NCBI GenBank assembly: GCA_000091165.1
Contig: FP565575.1
Coordinates: 1,980,001 to 2,012,000 of the forward strand
Length of the DNA: 32,000 bases
Source: Candidatus Methylomirabilis oxygeniifera
Lineage (GTDB): Bacteria; Methylomirabilota; Methylomirabilia; Methylomirabilales; Methylomirabilaceae
Reading direction: 5' to 3'
Shown here one piece after another: positions 22,610-30,290 of the stretch. A model generated the notes under the pieces. That model was given only the letters and a program-made list of their open reading frames with translations. It ran no database searches and was not told the DNA's origin. Both the position numbers and the translations under genes were made by a program. Every line of letters starts with the position of its first letter. The stretch's first letter is position 1.

Positions 22610-23493
22610 CTACGACCGCTCCATGGGAATCTTGAGAGGTGGTTGCCACCGTGACTTCTCAATCTCTTCCCTGAGCGCGACAGCGGTCGGCGTTGCTAAG
22701 TCTGGTTCGAATAGAGAGAGCGTGTGTCTAACAAAATCAACGATCTGAGCAAGGGTTTCTCGTATCGGGGTTCTATCGAACAAGCCTATATAGACTGAAA
22801 GCTCGAAGTTCACATCCACATGAGGATTGGGTCCAGCAACCCTAAGGGGGAAGCGCAACAACTCTGCACCAGGCTCCAGTGGGCGTCCCGGGATATGAGA
22901 TGTTCCAGATTCACCAACGACCTCGCAATCGCGCACAGTTTCCAGTCGAATTGTAGCCTTCCAATTGGAGGGCACCAGGGTCACGAACCTCAATACTCTG
23001 TGTTTGTCAGTGTTTGATAGATCATTAAGAGATAGCAGGGGGTGTACGCGTGGACCGTCCCATCCGCGATACGGCTGCAACTGTTCAATAATTGCGCAGT
23101 GCGAGGGGCTTACGTGGCTTACCATACGCTGGACGTTCCGGTCGTTCCAACCAGATGCATTTCGACATATGGGAAACTGAGTACGCTGCGGTCGCCCTCC
23201 TGAGTCCAGCGGCTCACGCATCGAGTGAAGGATCGAGAGATCCCACACGAGGTGATCGAGGGCACCCCGCAGATTGTGTATTATTTCGCCCGCTAACAGA
23301 CCCCAATGGGGGGACACTCTGGAACTGAGATGATAGTACACACCCATTCCTGGCGATCTTGGTCGAAATTTTGCGTGATATCTATCGGGTCTCTTTTTCC
23401 GGGAGTTACAAACGCTTCGACTTCCTGATCGAGTCGTTTAAGGTGTTGTTCGCCCCGATGGAATTTGAGCCAACAGCCTGGCATGGAAGTCAT
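22610..23493 (-). pseudogene. Frameshifted gene of unknown function with an Rx4H motif (possible HEPN-like), between hsdM and hsdS
   Basis: Two overlapping track ORFs (23293..23493 and 22610..23347) lie in different frames. They join cleanly if the C6 run (plus-strand G6 at 23308-23313) were C7, giving ...TIISVPECPPHWGLLAGEIIHNLRGALDHLVWDL... The sequence contains NLRGALDH (Rx4H) and NTDKHR. Confidence 0.6.
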
Positions 23494-23657
23494 GAGATAT
23501 CTTTACCCTCTTGGCAACAAGGATTGCTGGTGGGCAACCTCCCAACTCTCTGGGATGTCACCCAATGTGGTGGTCTTGAAAGGTTCGACGCGAGTCACTG
23601 CTAATCCTCGGCCGGAACCAGGGCGCGCCCGCTAGTCATTGCCAGAAGCCCGAGGAC

Positions 23658-23688
23658 TTTTCGAAATCACAATTTGTGATTTCGAAAA
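23658..23688. repeat. 31-bp perfect palindrome TTTTCGAAATCACAA-T-TTGTGATTTCGAAAA
   Basis: Read directly from the sequence. It lies in the 270-bp spacer between the hsdM stop and the frameshifted gene. Confidence 0.85.
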
Positions 23689-23764
23689 CTAAGGTTGCCA
23701 AAATGAAACCTCCATGTCCGTGGTGGTCGCAGATTGCGACCGCCTCAGCATAGTCATCATCTAG

Positions 23765-25675
23765 CTAAGCCCCGCATCGATATCCGAGTCCTATGAAGAT
23801 CTCCTTCAGCTCACTATCCAATTGCTTCACTTCCGCGTCCAGCTTCGAAAGGTCATCCAGGACTGTCTGGATGTCGCGATGCTCGGTCGGCGCGGTGGTT
23901 TCGATGTAGCGCGAAGGCGAGAGATTATAGTCGTTCTTGGCGATCTCCTCGATACTGGCGACCTTGACGAAGCGTTCAACGTCCTTGCCTGCATGGAACG
24001 CCTCAGCGATCTTCTTGACCGACGCATCGGGAATGAAGTTTTTCGGGCGGCCTTTCTCGAATTCGGTGCTGGCGTTGATCAGAATCACGCGGCCCTGTCG
24101 GCCTTTGGCTTTCTGTCGGTTGAGGAGGATGATGATCCCGGCTGCTGTGGTGTTGTAGAAAAGATTGTCCGGGAGGAGGATGACGCCCTCGATCGCGTCG
24201 CGGTCCACAAACCAGCGGCGGATGGTTTTTTCCTTATTTTCGCCTTGGCTTCCGCTGCCCCGGCTGGCGGCCCCCGTATCAATGACCACAGCCGCGCGGC
24301 CAGCGTCATTGAGCGAGGCGTGGACATGCTGGAGCCAGGCCCAGTCGGCGCTCGAGGCAGGGGCAAATCCGCCGCGCTCCACAAAGCGCTCGAATGGATC
24401 GTTTTCATACGATGCGGGGTCGAAATTGTCCTGGTTCCACATCGGATTGGTGACCACGATGTCGAAACGCCTGAGGCTCGATCCATCAAGAAACTTCGGG
24501 TTGGCCATCGAGTTGCCACGGACGATCTCCCCCTCCATGTCGTGCAGGACCATGTTCATCCGGGCGATGGCGAAGGAGGACCCTGTCAATTCCTGGCCGT
24601 ATAGCCTAAGGGGCCGGGCGATCTCTTCCTCCTGCCCTTTGAGCACAAGCTCACACTTGATGAGGAGTCCGCCGGACCCGCAGCATGGGTCGTTTACCTC
24701 CTCCCCCTGTTTCGGCCTCATGAGATAGGCGATGAGCCACCCGACCTCTTTGGGCGTGAAGAACTCGCCAGCGCTCTGCCCCTGGCCTTCTGCAAATTTG
24801 CGCAGCAGGTACTCGTAGGCGCGTCCGAGGAAGTCGGGTTCGACGTCGTGAAGCCCCATACGATAGCGCGGGTCGCTCAGTAACTCGATAAGGCGAGACA
24901 GCGCCCCATCGCTGATCTCTCGTTCGCCGTTGCGGATCTCGTTATAGTCGACGATGTCGATCACCCCCTGGAGGGAGGGGTTCAGTCGCGCAATGGCGCG
25001 GACGGTCGTCGTGAGCTGCTCGCCCAGCGTCTTGGGTCTTTTACCTTCAGGCCATTCGAACATCTGCCGGCTACTGACCACAGGCCACGTGGCCTGTGGT
25101 GGGATGTAAAAGCGAACGACGCCGTGGTCCGCTTCAAGCACTGTGCGGGCTCTCTCCTCGTTCCCTTCGTAGGTTTCGGTCAGTCCGGCCATTTCATCCT
25201 CGAAGACATCGGAGAGCCGCTTGATAAAAACCAGTGGCAAGATGTAATCCTTGAATTTCGGCGCGTCTTTCTCGCCCCGGATAGAGCAGGCCGCCTTCCA
25301 GAGAAGACCTTCCATAGATTTTGTATCGAGACTCGGACTGATTGATGCTTTCGGACGGCCGACGTCTGTTCCGCCGGCCCTCTTGCCGCGCTTCGTGCGC
25401 TTGCGAGGCGGAGGGACAGGGATGTCGATTCCCGGGAGGGTGGCGACTTGATCGCCGAAATACAGCTCGAGCAGATCGTTGTATGCCGGGCCGAGCCTCT
25501 GGAGGTACTGCTCGATGACATGAAGGGCCATAGCATCCGGTCTCGTCTTGCCCTTTTCCCACCGGTTGATGGTCGGAAGCGACACGCGGAGCTGCGCAGC
25601 CAGTTTCTCCTGACTAATGCCTAAACGCCGGCGCAGATCACTAATGAGCTTGGAAATATTAATGTCATACCTCAT
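23765..25675 (-). CDS. hsdM: Type I R-M N6-adenine DNA methyltransferase subunit with N-terminal XRE-type HTH fusion
   Basis: The N-terminus LISDLRRRLGISQEKLAAQLRVSLPTINRWEKGKTRPD is an HTH_3/XRE motif. A basic linker (PPPRKRTKRGKRAGG) follows, then an HsdM_N-like region. The AdoMet motif is DPCCGSGGLLI and motif IV reads TNPMWN. Start candidates are ATG 25675, ATG 25687, ATG 25699 and TTG 25711. Confidence 0.88.
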   Translation of the reverse strand: MRYDINISKLISDLRRRLGISQEKLAAQLRVSLPTINRWEKGKTRPDAMALHVIEQYLQRLGPAYNDLLELYFGDQVATLPGIDIPVPPPRKRTKRGKRAGGTDVGRPKASISPSLDTKSMEGLLWKAACSIRGEKDAPKFKDYILPLVFIKRLSDVFEDEMAGLTETYEGNEERARTVLEADHGVVRFYIPPQATWPVVSSRQMFEWPEGKRPKTLGEQLTTTVRAIARLNPSLQGVIDIVDYNEIRNGEREISDGALSRLIELLSDPRYRMGLHDVEPDFLGRAYEYLLRKFAEGQGQSAGEFFTPKEVGWLIAYLMRPKQGEEVNDPCCGSGGLLIKCELVLKGQEEEIARPLRLYGQELTGSSFAIARMNMVLHDMEGEIVRGNSMANPKFLDGSSLRRFDIVVTNPMWNQDNFDPASYENDPFERFVERGGFAPASSADWAWLQHVHASLNDAGRAAVVIDTGAASRGSGSQGENKEKTIRRWFVDRDAIEGVILLPDNLFYNTTAAGIIILLNRQKAKGRQGRVILINASTEFEKGRPKNFIPDASVKKIAEAFHAGKDVERFVKVASIEEIAKNDYNLSPSRYIETTAPTEHRDIQTVLDDLSKLDAEVKQLDSELKEIFIGLGYRCGA

Positions 25676-25680
25676 GGAGG

Positions 25681-25706
25681 TTATCATCTGACATCTCATA
25701 TGATAA
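25681..25706. promoter_or_regulatory. Inverted repeat TTATCAT-N12-ATGATAA (candidate operator) overlapping a possible hsdM promoter
   Basis: A perfect 7-bp inverted repeat lies immediately upstream of ATG 25675. The minus strand shows TTGACT (25706-25711), a 17-nt spacer, then GATGAT (25683-25688). That places a transcription start at or next to the ATG. Confidence 0.4.
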
Positions 25707-26048
25707 GTCAATAAGAAAATTCCCAGTCACACCAATGTGGGAACACAGCGAATCAACTCCAAATCTATTCTTCTTTTTGGCGTTGACCTTACGTGGGAAC
25801 GAACCCATGCGACCCGAAGGGTCAGCGCTCAGGATCTGGTAAGTTGTATGGGGAACGAAGGGAAAAAGGTGCTGGGGGCACAGTGCGGGGATGTGAGGTG
25901 AGGGTGGAGCGGCATTTGCGCTATGCGCGGAAACTCGGCTTCTTCCACCTGAGGACTCCTACGTGGATGGAGTTCGAAGCCCCTGTAGACGGAGTTTACA
26001 ACGTGGCTTCGCATGGCCACGCTTTGAATCGACTGAGGGTTCACTCCC

Positions 26049-26165
26049 CGCGGCTTGCCGCGAGTTCGTCATACCGGCGGAAGCCGGTATCCAAGGGTCA
26101 GACTGGATTCCGTGTCAAGCACGGAATGACGGGCCAGAACGGGGGGATACCTCGCGGCTTGCCGC
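26049..26165. repeat. Cluster of REP-like perfect hairpins
   Basis: The hairpins are CGCGGC-TT-GCCGCG (26049-26062), ATACCGGC-GGAA-GCCGGTAT (26071-26090) and ATTCCGTG-TCAAG-CACGGAAT (26107-26127). A second CGCGGCTTGCCGC occurs at 26153-26165. Confidence 0.7.
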
Positions 26166-26264
26166 AAGGTAGTTCATTACCTCTCAGAACACACGATTAG
26201 TGCACCGTTAAGCTATTGTCGCTCAGCGATCCTCCAGGATTAATCGGAGTGAATAATTGTCCAC

Positions 26265-26342
26265 GTAGGTCGGGATGGTTCGCAGGACCGACCTACTCGA
26301 CTCGTTTGATTCGTCTGGTTACGCTGCGCTAACCCGACCTAC
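26265..26342. repeat. Two REP-like hairpins sharing a GTAGGTCGG/CCGACCTAC module, downstream of csp
   Basis: GTAGGTCGG (26265-26273) pairs with CCGACCTAC (26288-26296). GTCTGGTTA (26313-26321) pairs with TAACCCGAC (26330-26338) with one mismatch, followed by CCGACCTAC again (26334-26342). They could act as a csp terminator or stabiliser. Confidence 0.6.
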
Positions 26343-26353
26343 GCAACTGATGA

Positions 26354-26557
26354 TTACCCGCGAAGAATTCGGACCCGGACCGCTTTTGCGCGGCCGCGAT
26401 CGTCCTGACCCAGGTCAAACTCGACGTCGTCGTTTTCCCTCGGGGTGGCGCCCCCCTCCACGTCGCTCGCGTGAACAAACGCATCCTGCCCGCCGTCGTC
26501 CCGCACGATAAACCCAAAGCGCTTTGTCACGTTGAACCACTTCACTTTGCCTTTCAT
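26354..26557 (-). CDS. Cold-shock domain protein (CspA family)
   Basis: 67 aa from ATG 26557, preceded by GGAGGAG. MKGKVKWFNVTKRFGFIVRDDGGQDAFVHAS carries the RNP1- and RNP2-like motifs. The 186-aa track ORF is an artefactual upstream extension. Confidence 0.9.
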   Translation of the reverse strand: MKGKVKWFNVTKRFGFIVRDDGGQDAFVHASDVEGGATPRENDDVEFDLGQDDRGRAKAVRVRILRG

Positions 26558-26666
26558 GCTCGTCTCCTCCTCTAGTCTTGAGAGCCTACAGCCTTTCAAC
26601 GCCCTGTCCCTATGGACAGGAATCTTTGCTCCACACCCCCACATCCTTCGCTGCACCACACTTCGA

Positions 26667-28691
26667 TTAGCTTCTTTCCTCCCGCCTCGTCTGCTCCCCG
26701 ACAACACCAACCCGGTGCTTCTCCATCTCCCTGATTCGATCTCGAAGCTCCGCCGCTCGCTCAAACTCGAGCCGCTTCGCTGCTGCCCGCATCTCTTTCT
26801 CCAACTGCTCGATATAAGCCGGCAGCTCTTCTTGCGTGACACGGCCGACCTCCTCAACGTCAGGCGCGGCTGGAACAGTATAGTAGTCCTTCTCAGTGAC
26901 GCTCGACAGGACATCGGAGATCGACTTCTTGATGCTTTCCGGCGTGATGCCGTACTCGCGGTTATAGGCTATCTGTCGCTCGCGTCGCCGCTCGGTCTCC
27001 TCCATGGCGCGCCTCATCGAGTCGGTGATGGTATCGGCATACAGCACCACCCGTCCCTCGACGTTTCTTGCGGCACGGCCGATGGTCTGAATAAGAGACC
27101 CGGAGGAGCGCAGGAACCCCTCCTTGTCGGCATCCAGGATAGCCACCAGCGCGACCTCAGGAATATCCAGTCCTTCCCGCAACAGATTGATCCCGACCAG
27201 CACATCGAACCTTCCAAGTCTCAGCTCGCGGATGATCTCGTTTCGCTTGAGCGTATCGATATCGGAGTGCAGGTAGCGGACCTTAATCCCGACCTCGGCG
27301 AGGTACTCAGTCAGGTTCTCGGCCATCCGCTTGGTCAGCGTGGTGATCAGGACGCGATGACCTCTCGCGGTGATCGCCCGGACCTCGCCGATCAGGTCAT
27401 CGATCTGCCCGCGAATCGGCCTGACCTGGATTTCAGGATCGATCAGTCCGGTGGGTCGGATGATCTGTTCCACGATCTCCCCTTTGACCTTTGCCAGTTC
27501 GTAGGGGCCGGGCGTCGCCGATACATAGATGATCTGACCCACGGCCCGCTCGAACTCTTCAAAGGTAAAGGGTCGATTGTCCATAGCGGACGGAAGGCGG
27601 AACCCGTACTCGACCAGCGTCTCTTTGCGGGACCGGTCGCCGTGATACATGCCGCGGATCTGCGGAATCGTTTGATGCGATTCATCGATAATGACCAGGG
27701 CATCCCTTGGCAGATAGTCCATCAGCGTGGGGGGCGCCTCGCCCGTGGCCCGACCCGACAGGTGGCGCGAGTAGTTCTCGATCCCCTTGCAGACCCCGAC
27801 CTCCCGCATCATCTCCAGGTCGAAGCAGGTTCGCTGCTTCAGCCGCTGCACCTCAAGGAGTTTCCCGGCCTTCTCAAAGGACGTCACCTGTTCATTCAGC
27901 TCCTCGAGGATCGCCGCAAAGGCCGCCTCTCGACGGTCGTGGGGGGTGACATAGTGCGTGGCCGGATAGATGGGAACCCGGTAGAGCATCTGGATCCGCT
28001 CGCCCGTGACCGGGTCGATCTCCCACAGCCCTTCCACCTCGTCGCCGAACAGCTCCACCCGAACCACAGTATCGGCGTAGGCTGGAAAGATCTCCACGAC
28101 GTCCCCTCGGACCCTGAACGTTCCGCGGTGCAGATCGTACTCGTTCCGCTGATACTGGATCTCCACCAGCTTCCGGAGCATCGCCTCCCGATCGCAACGG
28201 CCGCCCCGCTCCAGAAAGACCATCATCCCATAATAGGCCTCCGGGGAACCCAGGCCGTAGATGCACGAGACGGAGGCCACGATGACCACGTCGCGCCGCT
28301 CCAGCAGCGAGCGCGTGGCCGAATGGCGCAGCTTGTCGATCTGATCGTTGATCATCGAATCCTTCTCGATGAAGGTATCGGTGACGGGCAGGTACGCCTC
28401 TGGTTGATAGTAGTCGTAGTAGCTGACGAAGTATTCGACGGCATTGTGCGGGAAAAACGCTTTGAACTCTTCAAAGAGCTGAGCCGCCAGGGTTTTGTTA
28501 TGCGCAATGATCAGCGTGGGACGCTCGATGGCCGCGATCACGTTCGCCATGGTAAAGGTCTTGCCCGAACCGGTCACGCCCAGGAGCACCTGGTGGGGCC
28601 GGCCCTGCAGGCACCCCTCAACCAGCCTTCTGATCGCCTGAGGTTGATCGCCCTTCGGCTGATAGTCGCACACGAGCTTAAAGTTAGACAT
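26667..28691 (-). CDS. uvrB: Excinuclease ABC subunit B
   Basis: 674 aa starting [20 protein letters not shown]. It has Walker [11 protein letters not shown], the IIDESHQT box and a C-terminal UVR domain ([23 protein letters not shown]). Confidence 0.95.
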   Translation of the reverse strand: MSNFKLVCDYQPKGDQPQAIRRLVEGCLQGRPHQVLLGVTGSGKTFTMANVIAAIERPTLIIAHNKTLAAQLFEEFKAFFPHNAVEYFVSYYDYYQPEAYLPVTDTFIEKDSMINDQIDKLRHSATRSLLERRDVVIVASVSCIYGLGSPEAYYGMMVFLERGGRCDREAMLRKLVEIQYQRNEYDLHRGTFRVRGDVVEIFPAYADTVVRVELFGDEVEGLWEIDPVTGERIQMLYRVPIYPATHYVTPHDRREAAFAAILEELNEQVTSFEKAGKLLEVQRLKQRTCFDLEMMREVGVCKGIENYSRHLSGRATGEAPPTLMDYLPRDALVIIDESHQTIPQIRGMYHGDRSRKETLVEYGFRLPSAMDNRPFTFEEFERAVGQIIYVSATPGPYELAKVKGEIVEQIIRPTGLIDPEIQVRPIRGQIDDLIGEVRAITARGHRVLITTLTKRMAENLTEYLAEVGIKVRYLHSDIDTLKRNEIIRELRLGRFDVLVGINLLREGLDIPEVALVAILDADKEGFLRSSGSLIQTIGRAARNVEGRVVLYADTITDSMRRAMEETERRRERQIAYNREYGITPESIKKSISDVLSSVTEKDYYTVPAAPDVEEVGRVTQEELPAYIEQLEKEMRAAAKRLEFERAAELRDRIREMEKHRVGVVGEQTRREERS

Positions 28692-28703
28692 AGGGGAAGG
28701 CGG

Positions 28704-29249
28704 TCAGGACAGGGAGTCCGACAGGTCCCCATCCGCTCCGCGCGGGAGGTACTTACTCCAGGACCCGATCCCGTGAGGGGAATAGAACATGATACCAAGG
28801 TACACGACCGAAACCGGCTTGGCGGGCTTACGGAGCAGGCTCATGCTGACCTCGTGCAGGGGCTTGCTTCCCTTCTTCACATTGCAGGCGCGGCAGGCAC
28901 TCACCACATTCTCCCAGACGGTTCGGCCGCCCTGCGATCTGGGGATCACATGATCGATAGTCATCCGTTCGCCGCCGTTTCGACCACAATACTGACAGGT
29001 ATAGCCATCCCGCTTCAGGATATTCTTCTTGTTAAAGGAGACCGTGGGAATGATAGGGCGCTTCACGTAGCGATAGAGGCGGATCACAGCAGGGATGACA
29101 AAAATGATAGAGGGGGAGTGAACGATGCGTGGACTGTCCTCGATCCGTTCGGCTTTTCCGGTATACAGCAGAATAATGGCTCTTCGCGCAGTGCAGACGT
29201 GGAGGGGTTCAAAGGAGTTATTCAATACTAATACTTTGTCAGTGTCCAT
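28704..29249 (-). CDS. HNH endonuclease family protein
   Basis: ATG 29249 gives MDTDKVLVLNNSFEPLHV... CQYCG...DHVIPRSQGGRTVWENVVSACRACNVKKG is the HNH/CxxC motif set. The stop lies 12 nt before the uvrB ATG. Confidence 0.85.
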   Translation of the reverse strand: MDTDKVLVLNNSFEPLHVCTARRAIILLYTGKAERIEDSPRIVHSPSIIFVIPAVIRLYRYVKRPIIPTVSFNKKNILKRDGYTCQYCGRNGGERMTIDHVIPRSQGGRTVWENVVSACRACNVKKGSKPLHEVSMSLLRKPAKPVSVVYLGIMFYSPHGIGSWSKYLPRGADGDLSDSLS

Positions 29250-29350
29250 CGAACGGTTCTGTGGACTCAACGCTAACGAATCCCGGAACGACGGATTCAT
29301 CCTTAGCATACAACGGGGATCGGTGTCAACGCAAAGGAAAGAAGAGGGCG

Positions 29351-30289
29351 CTAGTCTCGCGGGGCGTGCTGCCTGAGGAGGTCGAGGAGGATCCCTTCGC
29401 GCAGACCGCTGTCGCTGACGACCAACTCGTCGTAGGCCAGGACGCCCATGACCGTCAGGAGAAGAGCGGTGCCGGCTATAATCACATCGGCCCGTCCAGG
29501 CTCCAAGAGCGGGACCTCGCGCCGCTCGGCCAGCGGTCTCGTCGCTAACGCGTGAAGCAGTTGCCTCGTCCGAATCATCGAGAGCCGATGGCCGTTCACT
29601 CGATCAGGGCCATAGACGGTGAGCCCCAGATCCATCGCCGCAAGGGTGGTTGGAGTCCCAGCCGTACCGATAAGAGCCGTCCCCTCAAGATCCGGCAGTT
29701 CCACACGAAGCCGCCGAAGCCGGTCCGCGACAACCTGTTCAATGGCCTCCAGTTCACCGGGGGTCGGCGGATCACTATTGAGATGCGCCTCAGTCAGCTT
29801 GACGACGCCCAGGCCGGTGCTCACCATCGCCTCAATCGTTTCCCCCCGAGTCAGAATGAACTCGGTGCTCCCCCCGCCGATGTCCATCACCAGAACCCGA
29901 CTCGACCCGAAGCGGAGCCCGTGCCGAACGCCGAGGAGGGTAAGTCGCGCCTCCTCGTTACCGTCGATCACCCGGACGGTGAGCCCACTCTCCCGGAGTG
30001 CCGCCGCGACAAACTCCTCGCGGTTGCTCGCCTCCCGCACGGCACTGGTGGCGACTACCGCGACGCACAGGGGGTTGAAACGACGGGCCGTCTCCGCGAA
30101 CCTCCTGAGAACCACAAGACTTCGCCGGCTCGGTACATCCTGGAGCAGCCGGCTTGGCATCAACCCTTCACCGAGACGAGCGACCTCCTGTTCCTCGTGA
30201 AGAATGGCGAAGCGATCTAAGCCTGTCGCTTCGGCGACAAGCAGGCGTAGCGTATTCGTACCTATATCAATGGCTGCGTAAATCGCCAT
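29351..30289 (-). CDS. Ppx/GppA family phosphatase (exopolyphosphatase-like)
   Basis: 312 aa. AAIDIGTNTLRLLVAE and DIGGGSTEF are the ASKHA-fold Ppx/GppA motifs. Confidence 0.88.
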   Translation of the reverse strand: MAIYAAIDIGTNTLRLLVAEATGLDRFAILHEEQEVARLGEGLMPSRLLQDVPSRRSLVVLRRFAETARRFNPLCVAVVATSAVREASNREEFVAAALRESGLTVRVIDGNEEARLTLLGVRHGLRFGSSRVLVMDIGGGSTEFILTRGETIEAMVSTGLGVVKLTEAHLNSDPPTPGELEAIEQVVADRLRRLRVELPDLEGTALIGTAGTPTTLAAMDLGLTVYGPDRVNGHRLSMIRTRQLLHALATRPLAERREVPLLEPGRADVIIAGTALLLTVMGVLAYDELVVSDSGLREGILLDLLRQHAPRD

Positions 30290-30290
30290 T

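Noticed and set aside
23300-23320. Programmed -1 ribosomal frameshift at CCC-CCC joining the two ORF halves
   Set aside because: There is no X-XXY-YYZ slippery heptamer and no obvious downstream pseudoknot or stem. A homopolymer indel, real or from sequencing, is the simpler explanation; this is kept only as a minor alternative.
25850-25904. Five G-runs (GGGG, GGG, GGGGG, GGGG, GGG) that could form a G-quadruplex
   Set aside because: The loops are 6-11 nt, longer than the canonical 7-nt limit, in generally G-rich DNA. There is no positional link to a start site, so the evidence is too weak to report as a feature.
25955-25995. tRNA T-loop-like string GGAGTTCGAAGCCCC near the island edge (possible tRNA or att remnant)
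   Set aside because: The flanking bases do not form a T-stem, acceptor stem or anticodon arm. I could not fold any cloverleaf, and no matching direct repeat was found at the other island edge.
25793-26200. 135-aa plus-strand ORF in the gene-free region right of the island
   Set aside because: Its C-terminal half is simply the translation of the REP-like hairpins (...SSSYRRKPVSKGQTGFRVKHGMTGQNGGIPRGLPQGSSL). It has no RBS and no recognisable domain.
26558-26914. N-terminal 119-aa extension of the cold-shock ORF (186-aa track ORF)
   Set aside because: The extension overlaps the uvrB 3' end and is Arg/Ser-rich junk. A strong GGAGGAG RBS precedes the internal ATG at 26557, which yields a canonical 67-aa Csp.
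26532-29231. 899-aa plus-strand ORF spanning csp, uvrB and the HNH gene
   Set aside because: It shares exact codon boundaries with uvrB on the opposite strand, so its stops could only arise from TTA, CTA or TCA codons in uvrB, which this GC-rich genome avoids. The protein is low-complexity R/P/G/D/L-rich with no recognisable motif, whereas the minus strand encodes textbook UvrB.
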